Program-made: the position numbers and the translations under genes | Assembly (NCBI RefSeq): GCF_902459465.1 | Contig: NC_047076.1 | Coordinates: 2,852,001-2,916,000 of the forward strand | Length of the DNA stretch: 64,000 nt | Direction: 5' to 3' | Source: Asterias rubens | Taxonomy: Eukaryota | In this document: positions 1 to 11,575 of the stretch, piece by piece | Numbering within the stretch: the first letter of the stretch is position 1 | How the letters are laid out: each line of letters opens with the position of its first letter | The notes under the pieces: generated by a model | What the model was told of the DNA's origin: nothing | Seen by the model: the letters and a program-made list of their open reading frames with translations, nothing else | Database searches by the model: none

Positions 1-29
1 AGCTCTATGAAATTGGGCCCAGTTAAGTG

Positions 30-480
30 ATGAGTTTGTAGACAAAGTCGAAGATATCAATTTTTAAGTGTGATGATAAACTTAAATAATATGGTTCAAC
101 ACCAAAATTAAAATCACCTCAATGACGTGTACCAATGTTTAATTATAACCATAATTGATTGGTTGACTAACTTAAATCGATTGGTGTATAAACTCGAGTA
201 ACGAGGACCTGTTAGAAAGGTTGATAAGTTGATAGTAATGTCAGCAGTGGCGGTCGGTTATTGAAACATACACTCGTTGTAGCTAATAACCAAATGAATT
301 AACTGATGTATAAACTTGAGTAAACCTATTAACTAGGTTCATAAATTGATAACAAAAGTAATTGTGACGGTTGCTTGTGTCAAAACTCGTTGTATCCGGT
401 ATTACCAAACTAATTGACTGTTGTATCAAAACTCGAATAACCTGTCAGCTAGGTTGATAAGTTGATAGTAGTGTTGTGGT
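30..480. repeat. Degenerate tandem repeat, about 120-bp period, about 3 units
   Basis: Recurrent blocks gtataaactcgagtaac (~187), gtataaacttgagtaaac (~308) and gtatcaaaactcgaataac (~424), each followed by aggttgataagttgata-like sequence. Confidence 0.6.
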
Positions 481-826
481 GCATTGTGTGAAGCGTTTTA
501 AACTCCTTAAGTTATTTTACTGCGCCTCATCAGGTTTGTTAGGCTGACAATTTGAACGACTATTACGTAAGCAATGACTGTGCCGTCAACATCTATCGGC
601 TCTCGCGGTTTAATTTATTTCAATAGCAATGTACCTCTGTTATTTTATAATAAAGTAGTCTTTTTTTAGACCATCTATTTATGGTGTCGCTCTTCAGTTT
701 TTTATGTCTGTTTAACATCACTAAAACACTAGTAGCTGGTAATCAAAATCATAACATTATGCTAGATACCAACACTACGCACGCAGACTTGAAGCGACTG
801 GTAACTTTATACAACTTAGCTATTAA

Positions 827-1212
827 AGACACTGGACACTATTGGTAATTGTCAAAGACTAGTCTTCACAGTTGGTGTATCTCAACAAAATGCATAAAAT
901 AACAAACCTGTGAACATTTGAGCTCAATCGGTCGTCGAATTTGCGAGCTATTAATGAAAGAAAAAAACACCCTGTAGCATCATGGTCACACGAAGTTGTG
1001 TGCTTTCAGATGATTTCGAAACCTCAAATTATAAATCTGAGGTATCGAAATCAAATTCGTGGAAAATTATTTCTTTCTCGAAAACTACGTCACTTCAGAG
1101 GGAGCCGTTTCTCACAATGTTTAATACCATCATCCTCTCCCCATTACTCGTCACTAAGAAAGGCTTTATGATAATAATTGTTTTGAGTAATTACCAAAAG
1201 TGTTCAGTGTCT
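827..1212 (+). mobile_element. Kolobok-like non-autonomous DNA transposon (MITE family A)
   Basis: TTAA at 823-826 and 1213-1216; termini AGACACTGG...CAGTGTCT. The internal sequence recurs at least 8 times in the window. TTAA target plus RR...YY termini match the Kolobok superfamily (established knowledge). Confidence 0.8.
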
Positions 1213-1235
1213 TTAAGTGTCTCATGCCTGTTTGT

Positions 1236-4200
1236 TTACGGATTGCAGGGTTTACATGCACACTTCGAAGGCTCCTGTATGACCATCTCCCGGATGTAGT
1301 TTGAAATGCAGACGCCCTCAGCGGTGACACAGTGAGCAAGTTGGATATTGATGGACCTCAGTTCGACCTCTCTACAACAGGTACATTTCTGTAAAATATA
1401 AAATGTAAACGAACATGGTAATTATTTCAAGCTAGGTTTTTAAAAGATTGAATAGAAGGAACGAAGAAGAAGGTAAAAGAAGACCAATAGACCTTATCAC
1501 GCTTTCACCATCTTGGTCATGTTCCCTGTTTCAAACAACATTCATTGCGCAAACGTGGCACCAGACTATTATTTCGTCCTGCCTCAGTGTTGTTACAATG
1601 AGTTGACATGGAGTAAAATCAAGATTGCCACACCGTGATAAAGGTATATTGCCCTGGAAGTTATCAAGTTGATTATAAACACTTCAGGGTCAGAATTAAC
1701 CCGGATCTGGGTCCCGTGGGGCCTGACACATTTATGGGTCAGTTTGACCCGGACTCTGGGTCAAATTGACCAATATGGGTCAATCTGTAGAATGCGCGTT
1801 AAAATCCTAACCACTTTCCAGGTCAGTCTGACCCATAAATGGGTCAGGAACCATTAGACCCGGAATCAGACTCAATTTTAACCCACGAGCCTTTCTTTGC
1901 AGTGTAGGCCCTACCAGAAACAACTCATACTAAAGAGTCTTGGCCTGGAACATAATGCGTTTAAAGGCAGTGGACACTATTGGTAATTACTCAACATAAT
2001 TATTAGTATAAAACCTTTCTTGGTGACGAGTAATGGGGAGAGGTTGATGGTATAAAACATTGTGAGAAACGGCTCCCTCTCAAGTGCCATAGTTTTCGAG
2101 AGTTCGATGACCGATTGAGCTCAAATTTTCACAGGCTTGTTGTTTTATGCATATGTTGAGATACACCAACTGTGAAGGCTACTCTTTGACAATTACCATT
2201 AGTGTCCACTGCCTTTAACATCACATCTTTTGGACATGTGAAGGAATTCACTGACAGTAAAAGCAGACCAGAAATAATATACAGTCAGCATAATATAGCG
2301 AGCACAGTAACAGAAAACTGGAGATACCGTGTCTAACGGTAAACCTATATACATAAGATAGCAAAAAATAATGATCATTAAATTGTCACACAGAGTCTGC
2401 ACAGATAGTTACCTTAAACTCAAATTGGTTTTACACACTATTTATTATATTGACTTTAAAAATCATTGACCACAAGAGCCTGGGAACTAAAGACACTCCA
2501 AGGAATATAATATTGGCTGAAACGTGGTTGTGTGATGGCGAAATGAGGACAAACAGGTGAATCCAGCAGAAAGTCAATTGTGTAAGAATCCAATATTGCT
2601 GGCCTTAATCCAGCCGTGTTTAAAGGACAGCTGTATAGATCTATCAGGTAATGTAGACTGACCACTAAAACCAAGTCAGGTCTTGAGGTGAATCCCTTAA
2701 ACATGAAATAAACACAACCTGGGTATTATTAGGTAGAACTCGTGTGAACTCACAACGCAGCTCCTCGTGCACTTTCTAAAGATCGGCTTAGTAAACCTTT
2801 ATTGTATTTAGCGTCCAAACCAACAGCGGACGAACCGCCAATTTAAAGGAAAGGGACAAATAAAACCAACAAATTCATTCTCAAATTTAAATTTATAAAA
2901 ATAAATTCATAACAGCTAAATAAAATTGCAATTGGTAAAGAAAAAAAATGCATCTATAAAAAATGTCAATAATAGAAGAAGAACAAAATCACAAAAAAAA
3001 CAATCAAAGCAAAACACTGCCTTTGGATTGGGCGATTTGGGCTATACAAAAGCGTTTGTTTTGATGTAGGACAGCTCTGTTTAAAAGAAGATTCACACAA
3101 ATTGTTATATCTCTCGAAATTGTGTGGTTTCCTTTAACTTCGTGAACTAAGACGGTCCTTATTTTTGTCAAAACTTGGTTCTACAAAACAGCGGACTGTG
3201 AACGATTCACGAAGAAAAAAAGAAAACTTCGCAATTTCGGGGGATATTTTGGGTGGATCGTTATATTTATTTATTCTGTTTTTAAAACATTATTGTTAGC
3301 CAATGTCAGCCATAATACTATCTTCATAACGAACACGTTTTACAGCCCAAAAGCACCCAATCCGAAGGCAACGGTGTCCCTTTAAACAAACACCTTGTTT
3401 TCACGGTTGAGTGAAAGGCTGCGGGAGTTAACGCAAACAAGTCGCCCATTCATTCAACAATTCCAAGCTGACCTTTTCCGGCGCGAAAATTCATTTTGTA
3501 TTGATAGTATAAATTGCCGGCGCGGGATTTATTTTTTTCACATTATAAAGAATGTCACGTAAATAGGTTTTGCACTTTTTGCCGGCCATGTACACATGTT
3601 TTGTTCGTTTCCTCATTGGAACAGTCAAGGTGCATTACTAGGTTAGCATGTTGATACCAGTTGCTTCAACAACAATTTTAACCACGTCCAGAAAAATAGT
3701 GCAGCTGAACAGCTTTGCTCTTAAGTTGCCGTTGGCGGCGCTCCACATCTTTTGTAATGAGAAAAACCTGTGATACTCTCGTGGTTATTTTTAAGGTTTA
3801 AATTGACATGCTTTGAACATTGTATCTCTTAGTGCCTTACGATACTAGCTAGCAACTCACTAATTAAGCGCTTGTGTAGTTACTCTGTGTATGAATTTAA
3901 GTAAAAATCAAATTCCCTGACTTCTGAGAAAACATTCTGGAGAAACATAATATACATTTGAAGTGGCCATGGCAAGGTCGTTTACCCGCTGGTCTTTTTA
4001 AAACATAGACTGGTCCGCTTTTTTAGGGAGTTTCCCATTGACTTGTACATAAAAAATACTGACCCCTGACCCCACCTATGCACATATTATTCTTGGGTCC
4101 GCCCCTGGAATTGTTAAATTTTGAATCTCTAGATCATCGATGGAAGACTTTATGATTGCTATCAGTTAGTTTATCCCTCGCTATTTGTGACTATAGTATG

Positions 4201-6760
4201 TTGATATCAGCATTGCCAGTTGTCAAATGTCAGAGTTTTGATATGACGTCCCAAATGAACTCTTGTGCACTTGCAACTTGGATAAATACTTTGGGGTGTA
4301 CGTGAGGGGGAAGGGGCATAATCGCACAAAAGGTAGGGTTGTGTGTTTTCAAAATTTAATGAATGCGTTGGTTTATAAGAAACTATAAATAAGCTCTTCC
4401 TTTAATTCTTATTCATCTTTGCACGGAGCGGAATTTACGGAATAGCCTTCAATTTCGTGAAGATTGTCGCATACAAGATTGATAGTGTTGAGTCTATTAA
4501 TAGCCACAGTGTCCACATGACGCCAATAATTTATTCTAAGCAAACAATCTGATAAAAACCTTCTCAAAAGGCATTCTACCTTTGTGTCGCGTTCCCTGTA
4601 CGCACGTAACAGCTATCAATACTGATTGATTAAGGGGTCGGACTAAAAGTCCCTCGCAGCCTCGATTTGGTTACAATTGATTTGAACGAGTGGCAAAACA
4701 AGATAACTGCTTCATTACAAAAAACCAGTAACTCAAGCTGCTGGCAAGGACGTACAGTGACATGTGATACCGTGTGTCTTTGTAAAAGTACAAGGGTAAA
4801 CACAATGTGTACACGTTTGAATATCAAGTTAGATCGTGTCAGTCTCACCCGTACTCCTTTTTAACCGTCATGATCCCACGTATGTTTCTGTAGTATTGTA
4901 GATACCCAGCCGTCAAAATTGACCGCAAAATTATATAAACACAAAGAGTTTTTGGGGTTCTTGATATCTCGATAGTTGTTTTAACATTCTCAAAATCATG
5001 GTAACTGTACATCATAAAACAACAAAAATAAGTATTTCAAATTGATTAATTTCTGTAGCACACTACGGCCCATAATGTAGCCCAAATACTGTACCTAATA
5101 TTGTAACCCAAAACCTTTTACCTACATTCAGCCTAAAAACCTACATTTAGCCCAAAACCCTTTCCAGAGCTCAACTCCTGTACCTTAAAGTATTCGGGTA
5201 CTTTTTCAAAATGTCCACAGATTTACATTAAACTTACAGGGTTTGAAGATAATATGGTGGAAAGCTTCCCTTCGAATACTACAAACTAGGTTTGTGTAGT
5301 TTTTGAGAAATGAGTAAAACAAGTCACAAAATCATTTTGGTCTCATGAGATCAAAATGATTTTAGCATGTAAAATCCCCTTAACCAGTTATGATATACCA
5401 AAACCATAGCATAACTAATAATACGTTTTTACATGCTAAAACTGAGACGAAAAATATAACTTTTACTCATTTCTCAAAAACTACAGCTCCTCGGTAAGTA
5501 AAATTTCAAGGAAAGCTTTCTACTATCAAAATCTTCAAACTGTGTAAGTTTAATGTTAAGCTGTGGACATTGTGTTTTTTGTTAGGAAAAGGTACATATA
5601 CCCTTTAATGTAGTCCAAACCATGTACTCAACTTAAGTCCAATCATTTACCTAAATGTAGCCCAAAACCTTGTATATACATTTGCCCAAAACCCTTATCA
5701 AAATGGAGCCCAAATTACCATAGCCCAAACCTATATCTATACATTTTATCGGTACATGGCCCGGCTATATTGGGCCCCATGCTGTGTGAAAAAGGAAGTC
5801 AAAAAGTTAAAGTTGATTTGAAATTCTGAAAAACGTTTTGCACCAAAGTATCAAACTAGCAATATTGTTAAGGGATCTGTTTTTACCCATAACAATTGTA
5901 GGTTTTGGCCAGAGTGAACAGTGGATATCGGTTACTTAAAGCCTTTGTGCACTTTCGGTACAGAAAAAAAAATTAAAAAGTTCACAGATTTTCAAACAAC
6001 TTACAGGGTTTACAGAAGGTAATGGTGAAAGACTTCTCTTGAAATATTATTCCGTGAAATGCTTTTCTTTTGAGAAAACATTAAAACAATATCAATTCTC
6101 GATATCGAGAATTACGAATTATTTTAAAACACATGTCATGACACGGCGAAACGTGCGGAAACAAGAGTGGGTTTTCCCGTTATTTTCTCCCGACTCCGAT
6201 GGCCGATTAAGCCTAAATGTTCACAGGTTTGTTATATAAGTTGTGTAGGCCTTGGACAATACTGTTTACCGAAAGTGTCCAAAGTTTTACCTAGTGATGA
6301 ATTTGAATAGTCTTTGTTGCTCTTATATCTACAATGAAACCAAAGGTGCTTGAGCAATAACTTAAACATTTTAAAACACTGACATAAATTTCCTTCATCA
6401 GGGGTTGCATTTTTCAGGCAGATGTCGTTGTAGTTGCATCTCATCGCCTCTTACCTTTACAAACCCCACAGAAGCAACGACACTAGGAGCCACCGACGAC
6501 ACGCACTGTCCCTCGCAACTCGTCAGCGTCACGTTACCGCGACATCGTAAATAATCACCCGTCTCTTCATCAACAAAACGCCGGTCAAGTTCGATACTGA
6601 TCGTCTCCAGTCCGCAAAACTGCTGCAGAGAGGCAGAGACCTGGCCGCCAGCCCGCTGCTGGTGGTGCTGAAAGGCAGTCAGTAATAAGCAAAGGAATAA
6701 TAGACGGACTCCGCTCGTATTAGATAATGAAGTAGCCTGGTTCCGATGATGGGCTAACAT
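1236..6760 (-). CDS. Bursicon-beta-like cystine-knot hormone, paralog 1; join(complement 6455..6760, 1236..1388); 152 aa (alternative upstream ATG at 6787)
   Basis: Exon 1 encodes a hydrophobic signal core (VRLLFLCLLLTAF) and C-x23-C-x8-CEGQC...SVGFVK, then donor AAG|gtaaga at 6455/6454. Exon 2 follows acceptor tattttacag| at 1389/1388 and reads KCTCCREVELRSINIQLAHCVTAEGVCISNYIREMVIQEPSKCACKPCNP-TAA. The intron is phase 0 and about 5 kb. Cys spacing fits the bursicon beta subunit (family pattern recalled from memory). Confidence 0.85.
1965..2214 (-). mobile_element. Kolobok-like MITE family A, internally deleted, reverse orientation
   Basis: TTAA|AGGCAGTGGACACTATTGGTAAT...ATTACCATTAGTGTCCACTGCCT|TTAA. 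Confidence 0.8.
3005..3385. mobile_element. Old, degenerate relative of the fold-back MITE family D
   Basis: Ends resemble family D (actgcctttggattggg...cccaatccgaaggcaacggtgtccctttaa); internal ctcgaaattgtgtggtttcctttaact block. Confidence 0.5.
5189..5604 (+). mobile_element. Kolobok-like MITE family C
   Basis: TTAA flanks (5185-5188, 5605-5608); inverted subterminal blocks aatgtccacagatttacattaaacttaca / tgtaagtttaatgttaagctgtggacatt; second copy at about 10381-10770. Confidence 0.75.
5940..6285 (-). mobile_element. Kolobok-like MITE family B (one end degenerate), in intron of bursicon-beta-like 1
   Basis: Near-identical to copies at 9436, 11212, 33019, 48274 and 58032. Confidence 0.8.
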
Positions 6761-7886
6761 TGTCACAACTGTTTTACAACCACCCATTGGTAAAATGAAT
6801 AATAATAAATCCAAGTGGCTCAGCTTGAAACAGCCAATTCAAACTAGTGATAAAATATTTAAGCTTTGCTCCTCACAAACCTTCAACTTCAACACTCAGG
6901 CTGGTAATAAATCCATCCATAATGGTTTAGATGAGTGGTCAAAAATGAGACGAGACTAAACAAAAAACTGCGATCCATCAATGAATCGAGCATACGTGCG
7001 AGGCCCCCTGTGTTGCTTCTGTGGGGTTTGTAAAGGTAAGAGATACAAAATTGCGTTCGCGCATGGATGACCTTTTATGGATTACGGGGAAGGCCGAGGA
7101 CGATGGGACGAGGACGAGAGAAGAAGAAGAAAAAAAAAAGAAAAAAACACACACAAAGGAAAAAATAAACCGAAGACAGCCGGTGATGAGTTATGGTTAG
7201 GAGTGGGTTGGTGTAGAGGGTGGCTGATTCGATGACCTTGTACCGGGCGAAACGCCGAGCGAGACGGCGATGGTTTGCCGCTGCCAGTGGCGTCCCGGAA
7301 AGCAAGACAGTCTTTGATTCATTTATCGTAAATAAACAAAGTGCACACTTTACACCTTCGGGCCAGCAGTAGGAGATGAACACCGTGGTGTGACGGGATT
7401 TAAGTTGAATCCAACACTGTTTTCAAAATTACATACATACTAATATTACTCAGCAAAAAAAAAAAGGAAACAGAAAAACCTCAATGACAAACAGGTACCG
7501 TGCACCGACACTGCGTAGAACGTTAATCTGGATTACAAATCCGGATATGCGTGTATAAGTTTAATTAAAATTGAGTTCGCGATATTTCAAGTTCAAGAAC
7601 GCGGCCCCTTTATTTATCGCGTGTTTGACATTTTAAGTTTTTCGGCCTACTGTATTTGTGGACAGGTGAAAACAAATAGATACATTTCTGTCACCTAGAA
7701 ATTAAAGAACGTAAATTTATTCTGTTTATTATTGGTGTATCGCAAGACGTAATAAGGAATAGAATTTGAAATTGTCCAGGGCCCATGGTAGAGTTGATAC
7801 AGCATGCGCTGGTTTTGTTTGGGTACCCATTCTTTAGGCAGTCGACTATTGTTTTCCTTACTGCTACTGTTACTTTATTTTATTAA

Positions 7887-8270
7887 AGGAACACGTTGCC
7901 TTGGATCGGTCGAGTTCGTCTTTGAAAAGCGTTTGTAACCGTTTGTTATAAAATGTATATGGTTAGAAAGACGTTTAAAAAGTAGAATACAATGATCCAC
8001 ACACATTTGCCTCGAAATTGCATGGTTTTCCTTTTACTTTGCGAACTAACAGTACACGGTCGGCCATTTATGGGAGTCAAAAATTTGACGCCATGAATGG
8101 CCGACCGTGTTTGTCGACGAGGTAAAAGGAAAACCACGCAATTTCGAGTGATACTTTATACTTGGATCATTATACTTTTAAAATATCTTTCCAATCATAT
8201 GCATTTTATAACAAACTGTTACAAACGCTTGTCAAGGACCAACTCGACCGATCTAAGGCAACGTGTTCCT
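7887..8270. mobile_element. Fold-back (palindromic) Kolobok-like MITE family D
   Basis: TTAA|AGGAACACGTTGCCTTGGATCGGTCGAG...CTCGACCGATCTAAGGCAACGTGTTCCT|TTAA; left and right halves are reverse complements along most of the length. Confidence 0.85.
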
Positions 8271-9435
8271 TTAATTGATCCATGAAATGGTCTGTATATA
8301 CGTTTGGTAATGACTCTGAAAACTGACGTGGTAGAAGTCTTTCAGTTTTGGATACTATCATGCATTTTTAAAACATTTGACTTCGAATAACTACGGTACT
8401 TTATGGAAAAAGTAATCACTTTTTATCCCCCAAAAATTAAATAAAGAAGCGATACCACGGATCTTCCTGCGTGGACATAGTCGCTCAAGAGTTTCGGCGA
8501 TATCTCAACTTAACGCGATCACCTTTCGAAATGAAATGGTTCACATTATATTATTACAACTACATTTATGTAGGATTGTAACAACCGACAGTTTCAAAAA
8601 TCAAAGGTGCCTTTAAGTTGGTTCATTATTTTAGTATTGCCGGTTGGTTGTTTTTGCAAAGCGCTGTTGTTCGACGCTCGATGAATAAATTGAGCAATTT
8701 TTGCCTTAGCTTAAAGCAGTTTTATGGAGCTGTACCTTGTCTCTGTTTGAAAATATCTCTCTGAAGTACTTAGCAATCCACTAAGCAATATTGTTTGATC
8801 CAACACCTACGTAATGAACTTATCCAGCCCCCTCCCCAAACCCAAACCCAAGGGTCCCCCATCTAATTATAATTACGGACAGTTGAAGTTGTCTTGTATT
8901 GAATGCAACAAAATGTTTGTGGAAAATTTACAGAAGATTGTTGGTTGGTAGCTATAGCAACCCCATAGATCTAGGATTTTAAAAGATCAAACAAGTGGGC
9001 GTCCGGGAGGGTCGGGGCAAAAAGGCAATTTGCTTTAGACTTTGGGGCCGGTTTGTTAATAGAGTTACGTGTAGTTTACCATTAATTTAGGCGTGGGTGG
9101 AGAGAGGCGTGTACTGCTAGTGGCGACTCCGTCCGTGTACGGCCGTGTAATGACCCCGTGAAATGGACTGTTGCATTGGATTGGTCGCTTTAGGCTATAA
9201 AATGTGTTAGTTGTTAAAGGCACTGGACACGTTTGGTGATTGCCAACAACCAGTATTATCACTTGTATACCACATAATAATTTATCTATAAATTGGTTAT
9301 CTAAGTTGCATATGGATAGTGAAAGAACCCTTGTTGCACATAACTTCAACACGGTCTGCTATTTTGTTTCAAAACCTAATAAATTCATAACAATTATTAA
9401 CACGTTTCTCAACGGCGACGTCCCCTAAGTATTAA

Positions 9436-9759
9436 AGCCATTATACACTTTCGGCCCAGAAATTTTTTTAAAGTTCACAGATTTACAAATAATTTACAGG
9501 GTTTACAGGTGAAAGACTTATCTTGAAACATTATTCCATGAAATGCTTTACTTTTTGAGAAAACATTAAAACAATATCAATTCTCGATAGCGAGAATTAC
9601 GGATTTATTTTAAACACATCATGACACGGCGACCCGTTCTTTTCTCCCGACTCCGATGACCGATTGGGCCTAAATTTTCACAGGTTTGTTATTTAAGTTG
9701 CGGTACAAGAAGTGTGGGCCTTGGACAATACTGTTTAATACCGAAAGTGTCCAATGGCT
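9436..9759 (-). mobile_element. Kolobok-like MITE family B
   Basis: TTAA|AGCCATTATACAC...GTGTCCAATGGCT|TTAA; preceded by an older family-A-like fragment from about 9215. Confidence 0.85.
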
Positions 9760-10380
9760 TTAACGGAGAAAAAGGGGAGTCATCGGTTATGTCCGGCCGA
9801 TCACCTTTTACAAAGTGTGGACCAAGAGACAGGTCCACCACAGACTGAGGTACATCACGTAAGTGTAGGAACTTAAATACTGTATGGACTGACGACATAC
9901 ATGTTCGTCCACACAATTATTCATACAGTGTTGAAGATTTTTGTGAAGTGTACAGAACAAAGAAATGTCCACAGAGACAACATTCTATTAGCTGCGTTGG
10001 GGGGGGGGGTGATACTTGAATAATTTAATTTGTGCATAATTTTCCGCGGCTTTATTTGATTGCTTGACAAACGTTTTCAACGGGCGGTCTCTTCTAAAAA
10101 TCAATGACGTACCATGATGTCTAATCAATAATGTAATCCCATCCCAAAACTATGTTACCACAATGGTAAAATGTGTGTAGCGCCCTCTCTTGGCGCGATC
10201 AATCACTTAAATCTGCCATCCGTACTGGTCAACCGGAGACGAGGGCGCCGTGTTAATGGCGCATTAGCCTGGTTCAATAGCCTACACGTGCCACTTCGTT
10301 GAAAAGAAACCAATTGTGACAACTGCTTGGCTTGCATAGTGGCATTAGCTTGGCTGTACGGTAAACGTATAGCCTTTCAA

Positions 10381-10770
10381 AAGGGTCTTTTTTATTGTAC
10401 TTTTTGTAGGACAAAAGAACACAATGTCCACAGATTTACATTAAACTTACACAGTGTGAAGATAATGATAGTAGTCAGCTTCCCTAAAAATATTACTTGC
10501 TGAGGTGCTGTAGTTTTTGAGAAATGAGTACAACAATGTCATGAAATTAATTTAAGGCTCAGTGATCATGAGACGAAAATTATTTTCGCATGTAAAAACG
10601 TATTTTCATGACATTGTTTTACTCACTTCTCAAAAACTACAACACCTCAGCAACTAAATACTTTAAGGTACATTTATTAAGCTTTCTACTATCATTATCT
10701 TCAAACGGTGTAAGTTCAATGTAAATCTGTGGACATTGTGTTTTGTGTTACAAAAAGTACCCAAATCCTT
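10381..10770 (+). mobile_element. Kolobok-like MITE family C
   Basis: Homologous to 5189-5604, with the same inverted subterminal blocks. Confidence 0.7.
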
Positions 10771-11211
10771 GTGAGGTCGGTGTAGTGTAGAATTTAACTT
10801 TCCGGGTAAGTTTTTCCCCTCCACTTTTTATAGAGAATTGTTTTAAGTCCATACCTCCAGCTTCCCTTGTAAGTTTGTTCATGAATGTTTTCCTCCTGCA
10901 ACTTTACAAGAGTGACTTTTATCCTTATTTGTGGCAAATTATTTTAGAAGCTGACAAACAAAACAGTTTGACCATTTTTCACTCTACACGCAACAGGTTC
11001 ATCAGCCGCTTTATAAAGGTAGTATTTGAACTCTCGCATGATCATCAAGGGCAACATTTGTCTCGCGAGGTCTCATCCTCCTGTACGCGAAACATCATCC
11101 TGATAACAAACAATACACAAGATAATAACAAAAACTCGTGTTTTTTTCTTCAAATAAATTTATTGACTTAAAGTGAGTTTCAGAAACCTTTTTCGTCTCG
11201 TCATCGTTTAA

Positions 11212-11575
11212 AGCCATTGGACACTTTCGGCAAACAGTATTGTCCAAGGCCCACACTTCGTGTATCACAACTTCTATATAAAATAACAAACCTGTGAAAA
11301 TTTAGGCTCAATCGGTCATCGGATTCGGGAGAAAATAACGAGAAAACCCACCCTTGTTTCCGCACGTTTCGCCGTGTCATGACATGTGTTTAAAAGAAAT
11401 CCGTAATTCTCGGTATCGAGAATTGATATTTTGTTTTCGTTTTCTCAAAAAGTAAAGCATTTCATGGAATAATATTTCAAGAGAAGTCTTTCACCATTAC
11501 CTTCTGTAAACCCTGTAAATTATTTGTAAATCTGTGAACTTTTTTTTTGTTCTGTACCGAAAGTGTATAATGGCT
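11212..11575 (+). mobile_element. Kolobok-like MITE family B
   Basis: TTAA|AGCCATTGGACAC...GTGTATAATGGCT|TTAA. Confidence 0.85.

Noticed and set aside
941-1299. ORFs such as MRAINERKKHP..., MRDNNERKKHP..., MADRVCRRGK... (also at 53299, 55772, 57408, 8097, 53900)
   Set aside because: They lie inside MITE copies, differ in frame between copies and show no transposase motifs.
7075-7383. 102-aa minus-strand ORF upstream of bursicon-beta-like 1
   Set aside because: Its C-terminal half is a poly-T/CT tract; it is more likely leader or promoter sequence.
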